A DNA stretch of 64,000 nucleotides. It comes from Leptolyngbyaceae cyanobacterium (GTDB lineage: Bacteria; Cyanobacteriota; Cyanobacteriia; Phormidesmidales; Phormidesmidaceae). The position numbers and the translations under genes are program-made. Each line of letters opens with the position of its first letter. Position 1 is the stretch's first letter. This document shows positions 48,729 through 57,736 of the stretch, piece after piece. The stretch is taken from positions 640,001 through 704,000 of the forward strand of contig CBDHHL010000056.1 in the NCBI GenBank assembly GCA_965263355.1, in the 5' to 3' direction. The notes beneath the pieces are model-generated. The model was not told the DNA's origin. It saw nothing but the letters and a program-made list of their open reading frames with translations, and ran no database searches.

Positions 48729-49997
48729 ATGGCCATCAACGACAACTCCGAACCGACTGAATACGAGCGTCTGCTAGAGCGTCTGCTGGATCAAATCAAA
48801 CGGCTGCCTGAGCCCATCCGCAAGCAAGTCGAAGCCGAGCTAACGGAATTGATGCGACTGGTGCGAGATCGCAGACCGCCCCGTCTTATGCTAGTAGGCA
48901 GACGGGGCGCGGGCAAATCCACCCTCGTCAATGCCATCTTCGGTGCCCCTGTGCGTCAGGTGGGGGCAGTCCAGGCCCAGACGGGCCAAGCCGTTTGGCT
49001 CGACTATCAGCGTGAAGGAAAGTCGCTTGAAATCCTGGATACCCGTGGCGTACAAGAAGGCAGTAAGCCCACAGAAGACGATGCTGCCGCCACAGCCCTG
49101 GATAGTTTGAAAGCTGCGATCGCAGATAAATGCCCCGATATTATCCTATTTTTAATTAAAGCAAAGGAAACTGACTCCGCCATTGACAGTGATATTGCTG
49201 CCCTGGAAGAGCTGCATAAGTTTATTGAGCAAAAATATAGCCGTCAATTGCCAATTGTTGGAGTATTGACCCAGTGTGACGAACTTGATCCGCCAGATAT
49301 TCGCCAACTTCCCACTGATGATGACGAGAAAAACAACAATATCTCCGCTGCCCAATCAGTGTTGGCAAAGCATCTGAAGACTGGTGACATCGGCCAGCAC
49401 CTGGTTGAGATCGTACCAACGGCAGCCTATGTGAGATATCGCGCGGACGGCACTCGGGACGAAACCCGAGACTATCGTTGGAATATTGAATATCTTGTCA
49501 ATCTCCTGCTAGACGAACTCCCAAAGGAAGCAAAGCTTGATTTTGCCAGGCTTGCCGAGGTTAAACGCTTTCAGCGCAAGGTGGCCTTGCAAGTTGTGGA
49601 TACCTGCGCATTAGGCTGTGGTGCCATTGGCATCGAGCCGATTCCCTTTGCCGACCTACCATTTATCACCTCAGTCCAGGCTGTGATGATTTTAGCGATC
49701 GCATATATCTCCGGTCGTCCCCTCTCAATTGAAACAGCTAAGCAGTTTATCATTGCCCTTGGACTTAACATTGGCACTGCGTTTGCCCTGCGTGAAGGTG
49801 TCCGTGCCGTGCTCAAATTGGTACCTGGTTGGGGCAACTATATTTCAGGCGGCGTTGCCGCTTCGGCCACAAAGATTATCGGTAATGCTGCAGTGGCCTA
49901 CTTTATTGACAACAAATCAATCGAAGAAATTAAGCAAACACTCAAGCACCAAGAGACAATACTCCCGCAAGCAGACGAGCAACCTCAAGAAGATTAA
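48729..49997 (+). CDS. Era-like/YfjP-like GTPase with C-terminal DUF697 (YcjF-like) helical domain
   Basis: G1 GRRGAGKS, G3 DTRG, G4-like TQCD; PIPFADL and LKLVPGWG motifs. Confidence 0.85.
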   Translation: MAINDNSEPTEYERLLERLLDQIKRLPEPIRKQVEAELTELMRLVRDRRPPRLMLVGRRGAGKSTLVNAIFGAPVRQVGAVQAQTGQAVWLDYQREGKSLEILDTRGVQEGSKPTEDDAAATALDSLKAAIADKCPDIILFLIKAKETDSAIDSDIAALEELHKFIEQKYSRQLPIVGVLTQCDELDPPDIRQLPTDDDEKNNNISAAQSVLAKHLKTGDIGQHLVEIVPTAAYVRYRADGTRDETRDYRWNIEYLVNLLLDELPKEAKLDFARLAEVKRFQRKVALQVVDTCALGCGAIGIEPIPFADLPFITSVQAVMILAIAYISGRPLSIETAKQFIIALGLNIGTAFALREGVRAVLKLVPGWGNYISGGVAASATKIIGNAAVAYFIDNKSIEEIKQTLKHQETILPQADEQPQED

Positions 49998-50213
49998 CAC
50001 AATGCTTAATCGACTTAGGCATTGTCAAGAAACAACTTCACGATTCGAGTTTTATGCACTAAATCTTTCTCAGAAATTGCTCCAGAATATCTATAATCGC
50101 CCTCGTCGTACCCCTAACTTAATGTTATTGGGAATAACCCCGATTTTACTGCGTCTGTCATACCCGTATTGTTGCCAGACGAGTTTTTAGCAATGCCTTA
50201 AAGTAAGCCGATA

Positions 50214-50530
50214 ATGACAGTTGTAGAAGATTTCAACTTTGAGACTGCGGTTAAGGATTTTCTACACGAAGCTCTAAGAAAACGCGGTCACATCAATGTT
50301 CTAATTACTGGGCATACCGGAGTAGGTAAGAGTACCCTTATCAATTTGGTCTTTCAGGGAAATTTTGCAACTACTGGTCAGGGTCGTCAAAAAAACACAA
50401 TCTCATACGATTGTTGCTGGGGCAGCGGCTAGTGCAGCAGGAATTGTTGCTGTACCAATTGCCCGAAATAACGGTGAGCCATCCACATCTGAAGACGTAG
50501 CAGAGGCATTCAAAACCAAGTATCTACCCT
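50214..50530 (+). pseudogene. Internally deleted GTPase/DUF697 paralog
   Basis: GHTGVGKSTLIN...TGQGR, then a jump to SHTIVAGAAASAAGIVAVPI, then to the C-terminal EDVAEAFK, in a different frame. Confidence 0.7.
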
Positions 50531-50655
50531 CAGTTGCAATCACTTATCAGTTTTGGAAAAACCTTGTGATGAGCATCAGGATAAGCGCTCATGACTACTG
50601 TTGGTATGCCGAAATCTTGTTGTGAGAGATCCCAGCATACCGACCATCGAGATCC

Positions 50656-51282
50656 CTAGGCAATCACCTTCTGGAAACTGGGGCGTTGGTTGATGGAGTC
50701 CCACCAACTCTTTAGTTTTGGTGTTTGAGCCGTCACTGAATCCATCTCAGGGGTATTAGAAAGATAGAACATAACAGGCATCAAATAGAAATCTGCTAGG
50801 GTGATCGTGTTACCCAGCAGAAACGGATCACAACTGGTGATGGATTCGATTGCCCCCAAGGCTGTTTGAACCTCAGGAACAGCACTCTGAATAGCTGTCT
50901 CATCCGGTTGACCTCCTTGGTTAGGAACGATCAAACGCTGAATAGTGATCACACTGATGGAGGGGCTATACAGGTAGCTATCGATGATCGACATAATCTG
51001 ACGCATCTGTGCCTGACCCATGAGATCTTTAGGGGCAAAGGCATGATCAGCCACTGTGGCATTTAAGTATTCAGCGATCGCACTCGTTTCATAGAGGATC
51101 TGGTCATCCACTTTTAGAGTAGGAACCTTACCAAAAGGATTGATCGTAAGGTATTCAGACGTTCTGGCTGTGAAGATGTCCACCGCTTGAAGCTCATAGG
51201 CGGTGTTAGTCTCTTCTAGGATCATGCGAACAGTGCGGACATAGGTGCTGAGCGCCGGACCATAAACAGTAAGTTGAGCCAT
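50656..51282 (-). CDS. Glutathione S-transferase family protein
   Basis: STYVRTVR, INPFGKVP, YETSAI, TLADF. Confidence 0.92.
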   Translation of the reverse strand: MAQLTVYGPALSTYVRTVRMILEETNTAYELQAVDIFTARTSEYLTINPFGKVPTLKVDDQILYETSAIAEYLNATVADHAFAPKDLMGQAQMRQIMSIIDSYLYSPSISVITIQRLIVPNQGGQPDETAIQSAVPEVQTALGAIESITSCDPFLLGNTITLADFYLMPVMFYLSNTPEMDSVTAQTPKLKSWWDSINQRPSFQKVIA

Positions 51283-51530
51283 GGATAAGGACTTCCGATG
51301 TGATAGTTCAGACTAAGCCTACCTGGAGTGTGGACCCGAACTCAATAAGTGTCTATTCATTTCTCCGGCAGGAAGCCTATCCGAGTCTATTTTTCTGCCC
51401 GTATTCGCGTTGCATTTCTGCAGATAAAGACTCCATCGCACAATATCAAATTCCCTGATGTCTCTAGGGCAAAATATCATCGAATTGTTGTGCCCTAGAG
51501 AACGGTGTATCGACTATCACATCAGGTCCA

Positions 51531-51576
51531 TTTAATAGATTGAAAACCTCGCCTTAACCTGGCTTTGGACTATTGT
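51531..51576 (+). promoter_or_regulatory. Putative Pho box (SphR site) and -10 element
   Basis: Octamers at 11-bp period: TTTAATAG-att-GAAAACCT-cgc-CTTAACCT-ggc-TTTGGACT, then TATTGT. Upstream of a phosphoesterase gene. Confidence 0.65.
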
Positions 51577-51698
51577 TGCCATGGGGGATTTTTAAAATCC
51601 AGACACAAAATGGAGATTGTTATTTTCTTTCTAAAAGGATTGAAAACAACAATCTCTATGACAGTAATACATAGTCAGAGGTATAGGACATCACATCC

Positions 51699-54600
51699 AT
51701 GAGCACTGATATTCGGTTTGCCAGTTTTAACACCTTTCTTAATCGCCCCAGCGAAGGTGAACTAATTACCAATCTATCCACTCCCGATGATACCCAGGCC
51801 CAGGCGGTAGCAGAAATTTTACAGCGTGTGCGCCCAGATGTTGTATTGATCAACGAGTTTGACTTTGATGCAGCTAACGAAGGTATTGAGCTTTTCCAAG
51901 ATAATTATCTTTCCACCGCGCAAGCGGCAGGGTTAGACCCCATTGACTATCCCTATGTTTACAATGCACCCTCCAATACCGGTGTAGCTGCTGGATTTGA
52001 TTTTGACAATAACGGTGAAGTTGTCACCGAACCGGGATCTGTTGGCTATGGTAACGATTCCTTTGGCTTTGGCTTTTTCCCTGGTCAGTTTGCCCAGGTG
52101 TTATTGTCCCAATATCCGATTGTTGAAGAAGATATTCGCACTTTCCAAAACTTTCTCTGGCGAGATATGCCGGGGGCATTGTTACCTGCTGATCCAGAGG
52201 ATGTAGATGGTAATGGCGACACTGAAAATTGGTACACAGAGGAAGAGCTAGAGGTTTTTCGTCTGTCTTCGAAGAGTCATTGGGATATTCCCATCGATGT
52301 GGATGGTGAAGTCATCCATGTATTGGCTAGCCACCCAACGCCTCCTGTATTTGATGGTCCAGAAGATCGCAACGGTACTCGCAACCACGATGAGATTCGC
52401 TTTTGGTCTGACTATGTAACACCGGGGGCCGGTACCTATATTTATGACGATGCGGAGTATGTCGCAGCCGGTAATACTACCCCTGACAATCCCAGTGGTG
52501 GTCTAGCTGCAGGTGAACTCTTTGTGGTCATGGGTGACCAAAATGCTGATCCCTTTGACGGTGACAGTATCCCCGGTGCTATTCAGCAGTTGTTGAACAA
52601 TCCTCTCATTAACATTTCTGTTTCTCCTGGTAGTGTGGGTGGTGAAGATGGGGCCATTCGTCAGGCAGGTGCTAACGTTGGCCAGCTAGGGGATCCTGCG
52701 TTTGATACTGGAGATTTTAACGATGCAGCTCCGGGGAATCTACGGGCTGATTACGTCCTGCCCAGTCGCGATCTTGACATTACTGAAGCGGCCTCTTTTT
52801 GGCCTTCTGAAGGCGATGACCTGTTTGACTTAGTCGGTGTAGGGTTCCCAGTGGTGAGTTCCGACCACCGGTTAGTCTACGCCGATGTCAGTATTCCTGA
52901 AGAACCTTTCAACACTCGTAAAACCGTGGCTGGGGTGGAATTTCTTGGTCAGGCAGTGTTTGAAACTGGCTTTGAATTTGCAGGTACAGAAGTGGGGGGG
53001 CTTTCCGGTATTACCTATGATCCCCTGCGGGATGTTTACTATGCGCTGTCTGATGATCGTGGCAACCGCAGTGGCCCAATTCCTGAAGCTGGTTCTCTAA
53101 GTGAATATATTGGCTTTAGCGATGGCAGTTACTTTATTGAAGTGCCCGACGATGAAATCAATGATTTCTTTGCCTGGGATGAGGCCTATCCAGATCTTGT
53201 TTCCGCACATCGGGGCGGTTTTATCACTGGCTTCCCTGAGAATGCCATTGAGACCTTTGAGCATACCCTCACATTCGCCCCTGCCCTGTTAGAAGTTGAT
53301 GTGCGTCGTACGGCTGACGGTGAATGGATCTTGATGCACGATGACACCCTTGATCGCACGACTACCGGTACTGGCTTAGTGTCTGAAACCACCCTGGCTG
53401 AGATTCAGGAACTTCAGCTGGTAGATAATGAGGGTAATGTGACTGAGTTCAAAGTTCCCACATTGCAGGAAGCCTTGGAATGGGCTGACGGTAAAACTAT
53501 TCTGGAACTGGACCTTAAGTCTGATGACTTCTTTGAAGAAGTGGTACAGATTATCACTGACCTGGATGCTGAGGACCAAACTCGCTTTATTACCCAAAAC
53601 CTGGAGCAGGCGACAGGTATTTATAATCTGAATCCCGATATTCACCTGGGTTTGTTTATTACCTCCAGCAATCAGGCTGATGTCTTTGCCGGGATTGAGA
53701 CGGCTCCTTTTGACTTTGACAATGTTAGTGCCTTTACCGGGGTGCGGCCTGAAACGGAAGAGTTTTATGAGTCCCTGCACAATGAGGGTATTGTCGCTAT
53801 TCAAGGCCTGTTTGGTGATCAAGATTTCTTTGGTGCCAGTACCTTTATTAACGATCTCACTGAGGAGCAACGGACTGAACTGTTTGAGACGGTCTATGAG
53901 CGGGGAGGCGATGCGATCGCATCCGATTTCTACCAACCCATTAGTGAACTGCTCGACTATTCCCAGTCTCCCCTACCCCGCTACTACACCGTTACCATTG
54001 ATATCAACGACGGTAGCCTGGAAGATGGCGATGTTACCTTTACCGATGTCACCGCTCTTCTGGATGCTGAAGGTAATCCCTTCCCAGCCGGTGAACTCGA
54101 TCCCGAAGGCATCACCCTAAACAGTCTAGGCACCCTGTTTATCTCCTCCGAGGGCGACGCCAGAAATCTAGTCGATCCCTTTGTCAATGAATTTTCTCTG
54201 ACCGGACAGCAAATTCGTGAACTGCCCGTACCGGAGAAATTCTTGCCTACAGAGGATGAGAGCACGGGCATTCGCAACAATCAGGCTTTTGAAAGTTTAA
54301 CCATCACCCCTGACCAGCGCACCCTGTATACCGCCACTGAGAATGCCCTCAACCAGGATGGTCCCCGCTCTAGTCTGACTGAGGAAAGTCCCATTCGGAT
54401 TCTGAGCTACGACCTCACCACTGGTGAGCCAGCAGAAGAGTTTCTCTATATCAGTGATACGATTCCAGTTCCCCCAGTGCCAGAAGATAGCTTTGCCGAT
54501 AATGGTTTGGTGGAGCTACTGGCCCTCGATAATGCTGGCACCTTACTAGCCCTGGAGCGTTCTTTTGCAGTCGGTGTGGGTAACAACCTGCGGCTATACG

Positions 54601-56615
54601 AAGTAGACCTGCAAGGCACTAGCGATATCAGTAATATTGACAGTGTTGCCGACAATGATCTGATTCGTACTGCCGACAAGCGTCTACTCCTGGACTTTGG
54701 TGACCTGGGGATTCGTCTGGACAACAGTGAAGCTCTGGTATTTGGTCCTGAGCTAGCAGATGGTCGCCAATCTCTGTTTGTGGTGAGCGACAACAACTTT
54801 AATGCAGGGGCTCAAATCACTCAATTTCTTGCTTTTGCCCTTGATATTGAGTCTGCCCCTCAACCCACCCTATCTGGCTTTGCCTCTTTAGATGCCGATA
54901 CCCTGGCCCCCGGCCCTGACTCCGGTGTCAATGGCCCCATCAGTGACGAGCGTCCCGGTCCCTTTCCCGGTCAACCCGTTGGCGGTTGGAGTGGCGTTCA
55001 GTTTGCCGATGAAGACAGTCTCTGGTTTATTGTTGATAGCCTGTTTGGTGGCAACACAGATACGCTGCTTCGGGTCTACAAAGTAGATCCTGACTTTGCT
55101 GGGTTTGAAAATGGCGATGGCAGTGTGCTCTTAGAAGAAGAGTTTATTACCCTATCTGACCCCAACAACCTGGTACCGTTTGAAATCCAAAATGCAGATG
55201 ATCCCGCCCGACCTCTAACGGGTGCAGACTTTGATACAGAAGCCCTGGTGATTGATGCCAATGGGGATATTTGGGTAGGTGATGAATATGGTCCTTACCT
55301 GTTGCACTTTGACCGTAACGGTGTGCTCCTGGAAGCACCCATTGCCACCCCCAATATTCTCATTGACGGTACGGTGCCAGATGCCCCCAATGATGTGGTG
55401 CGGGCTCCCCAGCATCCTGATGTGGAGGCCGGGCTGGCTGAGTTTAACCTGCGGGGTTCCCGTGGATTTGAGGGCATTGGTTATAGTCCTGATGGCACCA
55501 TTCTTTATCCCATCCTAGAAGCACCTGTGGATGGCGATCCAGAGAATGCCCTGCGGATCTATCAGTACAATATTGCCACAGGTACCTATGCCGATGAGCT
55601 AGTCGGATTCTACCCACTGGATAATCCGGGTGATACTCCCACCTTCCAGTTGGGTGATCTAACCCCGATCAACGAGAGCGAATTCCTGGCCATTGAGCGG
55701 GATGACTTCCAGGGAGATGATGCGTTCTTCAAGAAAGTCTTTAAGATCGATATCTCCCAGGTGGATGAAAATGGCTTTGTTCAAAAAGAAGAAGTCATTG
55801 ACTTGTTGGATATTGCTGATCCCCAGGATCTCAATGGCGATGGCAGTCTGGTCTTTGATTTACCCATTACCAGCATCGAAGATATTTTGATCTTTGATGA
55901 GAGTACTGTGTTGGTGTCAGTGGATAACAACTATCCCTTTGGTAGCTTTGCCACGGGCCGTCCTCCGGCCTTGGATAACAATGAAATTATTCTGGTCAAT
56001 CTGCCTGAGCCGTTGAACCTTGACCCACGCCTGGGTATCGCTGGTTTGACACCGTCTGTTACCGTCGGTGAAGCTGGTGATGATACCTTAGTCGGCGATG
56101 TTGCTGACAATATTATTGCTGGTGGTCTAGGAGATGACATTATTGCTGGTGGTGATGGTGATGATATCCTGCGTGGCGATTTGAATAGCCGTGCGCCTCA
56201 AGGCAATGTGGGTGGTGATGACCTGATCTTTGGTGGGGCTGGCAACGATCGCATTGGTGGTAAAGGCGGCAATGACGAGCTATTTGGTGATGCTGGTGAT
56301 GACCTACTTTGGGGTGATGCTGGTGATGATCTGCTGCGGGGTGATCTCGGTAACGATACCCTAACAGGAGATAATTTCTCCGGTGGTTCTGGCAGTGATA
56401 CCTTTATTCTGGCCATAGGAGAAGGAACTGATATCATTACTGACTTTGAAGTGGGTAATGACCTGATCGGTCTTGCCGATGGGTTGACCTTTGACCAGTT
56501 GACCATTGGTCAGAGTGACGATGCGGCTGTGATCAGCGTTGGTGATGAAGACTTGGCATTGCTTAACAGCGTTGCTGCTTCGGCAATGACAGAGACTGCC
56601 TTTACTGTGGTCTAA
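51699..56615 (+). CDS. Giant secreted multi-domain phosphoesterase: EEP domain + phytase-like domain with nested GDPD + second phytase-like domain + RTX Ca-binding repeats
   Basis: EEP motifs (SFN, LINEFD, GDQNAD, RADYVLPS, SDHRLV); phytase-like GGLSGI, LSDDR, DPEGI, AFESL, VSDNNF; GDPD SAHRGG, PEN, EVDV, MHD-TLDRTT; GGxGxD repeats at the C-terminus. Confidence 0.9.
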   Translation: MSTDIRFASFNTFLNRPSEGELITNLSTPDDTQAQAVAEILQRVRPDVVLINEFDFDAANEGIELFQDNYLSTAQAAGLDPIDYPYVYNAPSNTGVAAGFDFDNNGEVVTEPGSVGYGNDSFGFGFFPGQFAQVLLSQYPIVEEDIRTFQNFLWRDMPGALLPADPEDVDGNGDTENWYTEEELEVFRLSSKSHWDIPIDVDGEVIHVLASHPTPPVFDGPEDRNGTRNHDEIRFWSDYVTPGAGTYIYDDAEYVAAGNTTPDNPSGGLAAGELFVVMGDQNADPFDGDSIPGAIQQLLNNPLINISVSPGSVGGEDGAIRQAGANVGQLGDPAFDTGDFNDAAPGNLRADYVLPSRDLDITEAASFWPSEGDDLFDLVGVGFPVVSSDHRLVYADVSIPEEPFNTRKTVAGVEFLGQAVFETGFEFAGTEVGGLSGITYDPLRDVYYALSDDRGNRSGPIPEAGSLSEYIGFSDGSYFIEVPDDEINDFFAWDEAYPDLVSAHRGGFITGFPENAIETFEHTLTFAPALLEVDVRRTADGEWILMHDDTLDRTTTGTGLVSETTLAEIQELQLVDNEGNVTEFKVPTLQEALEWADGKTILELDLKSDDFFEEVVQIITDLDAEDQTRFITQNLEQATGIYNLNPDIHLGLFITSSNQADVFAGIETAPFDFDNVSAFTGVRPETEEFYESLHNEGIVAIQGLFGDQDFFGASTFINDLTEEQRTELFETVYERGGDAIASDFYQPISELLDYSQSPLPRYYTVTIDINDGSLEDGDVTFTDVTALLDAEGNPFPAGELDPEGITLNSLGTLFISSEGDARNLVDPFVNEFSLTGQQIRELPVPEKFLPTEDESTGIRNNQAFESLTITPDQRTLYTATENALNQDGPRSSLTEESPIRILSYDLTTGEPAEEFLYISDTIPVPPVPEDSFADNGLVELLALDNAGTLLALERSFAVGVGNNLRLYEVDLQGTSDISNIDSVADNDLIRTADKRLLLDFGDLGIRLDNSEALVFGPELADGRQSLFVVSDNNFNAGAQITQFLAFALDIESAPQPTLSGFASLDADTLAPGPDSGVNGPISDERPGPFPGQPVGGWSGVQFADEDSLWFIVDSLFGGNTDTLLRVYKVDPDFAGFENGDGSVLLEEEFITLSDPNNLVPFEIQNADDPARPLTGADFDTEALVIDANGDIWVGDEYGPYLLHFDRNGVLLEAPIATPNILIDGTVPDAPNDVVRAPQHPDVEAGLAEFNLRGSRGFEGIGYSPDGTILYPILEAPVDGDPENALRIYQYNIATGTYADELVGFYPLDNPGDTPTFQLGDLTPINESEFLAIERDDFQGDDAFFKKVFKIDISQVDENGFVQKEEVIDLLDIADPQDLNGDGSLVFDLPITSIEDILIFDESTVLVSVDNNYPFGSFATGRPPALDNNEIILVNLPEPLNLDPRLGIAGLTPSVTVGEAGDDTLVGDVADNIIAGGLGDDIIAGGDGDDILRGDLNSRAPQGNVGGDDLIFGGAGNDRIGGKGGNDELFGDAGDDLLWGDAGDDLLRGDLGNDTLTGDNFSGGSGSDTFILAIGEGTDIITDFEVGNDLIGLADGLTFDQLTIGQSDDAAVISVGDEDLALLNSVAASAMTETAFTVV

Positions 56616-56642
56616 TCGTGGCTAAAAAGCGGGCTCAATTGT

Positions 56643-56738
56643 GGGGTATCAACTTTAGCTAGGGCATCTAGACCAGATCAAAATTCGGAGTTCGGAGTTC
56701 GGAATTCGGAAGTCAGAAAGGGTTTGTGCTGATGCCCC
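56643..56738. mobile_element. Degenerate MITE family B copy carrying heptamer repeats (TTCGGAG/A x4)
   Basis: Ends GGGGTATCAAC / TGATGCCCC; flanks AATTGT / AATTAT (6-bp TSD, one mismatch). Confidence 0.55.
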
Positions 56739-56764
56739 AATTATGGGTCTGTCTTTAATTATTG

Positions 56765-56806
56765 AAAAGTGAGCAACGAAGTTAGTTTTCGTTGCTCACT
56801 TTTTTT
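56765..56806. terminator. Bidirectional intrinsic terminator
   Basis: AAAAGTGAGCAACGAA-N7-TTCGTTGCTCACTTTTTTT between convergent genes. Confidence 0.85.
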
Positions 56807-56993
56807 GAGCGAAAATTTTAATTGCCGTTTCTCCCATACATTGTTGCTGCAAGAATATCTGTATCCTTAAACATTAAGTCATTCAAAGTTTCCATAAGAA
56901 CTTTCATTCTTAAAGATTCCTTAGCGTTCCCTTATAAACGCCTCAATAGATTCCTATGGTGACGTGGAGAAGTCAGTTATCCAGATTTCTCTA

Positions 56994-57707
56994 CTAATTT
57001 TGTGTGTCAGGTTGCACCAAGGCAGATCGACTGTTAAAGGAGATCACAATTCGGTCTTGTTGTCCCTGGTACGGTAATCCACTGTGCATCAGATAGGAGG
57101 GAAAAAGCAGCACCATGCCATCCTTTAGTGGAGGATGAACATAGGGCGTATTCAGATATTGATTACCAAAATCCATATAGCTGTTGCCCTTCCATAGGGG
57201 CGAGTAAAATCGGTTGCTTCCATTGGGAGCAGCGGTTCCGTGCTGTTTGCCAGAATCACCAATTTGGAGATAGTAGATGCCACACCAGGAACATCCGGAA
57301 TGGTAGTGGGCATCGTGAAAACCACCATTATTAGTGATATGGAACCAACAGTCGGTAATCTCGACCTGAATCTGTTGTGGATGGATTGAATGGTTGTCAC
57401 CGTTGATCGGGTTGTCCACACCATTCACATGGGCTACGGCCATTTGCACACTTTCCTGCAGAAAGACTTTGAGTTTTTGGAGACCCGTATGATCGTAGGC
57501 CAACAGATCAAAATTGCTCTCGTACAGTCCATAGGCTGACTTGGCTCCGGGGGCCACACCGCTAGCAATATTGTTTGTCTGTTGAGTTTTCAAACCATAC
57601 AAAAAGTCTCGAATTCCAGATGCTTCTTGGGGATGCTCTGGCCACAGGCGGGCGTAAAAGTAAGTAGCCCAAAACGTTTGAACCATTAAGTCGGTTGCTT
57701 TAACCAT
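56994..57707 (-). CDS. Putative 2OG-Fe(II) oxygenase (TIGR02466-like)
   Basis: WFHIT, HDAHYH, WCGIYY, LFPSYLMHS, RIVISFN; RBS AAAGG. Confidence 0.82.
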   Translation of the reverse strand: MVKATDLMVQTFWATYFYARLWPEHPQEASGIRDFLYGLKTQQTNNIASGVAPGAKSAYGLYESNFDLLAYDHTGLQKLKVFLQESVQMAVAHVNGVDNPINGDNHSIHPQQIQVEITDCWFHITNNGGFHDAHYHSGCSWCGIYYLQIGDSGKQHGTAAPNGSNRFYSPLWKGNSYMDFGNQYLNTPYVHPPLKDGMVLLFPSYLMHSGLPYQGQQDRIVISFNSRSALVQPDTQN

Positions 57708-57736
57708 ACAGACCTTTATTAGTTACCAACGGTATT

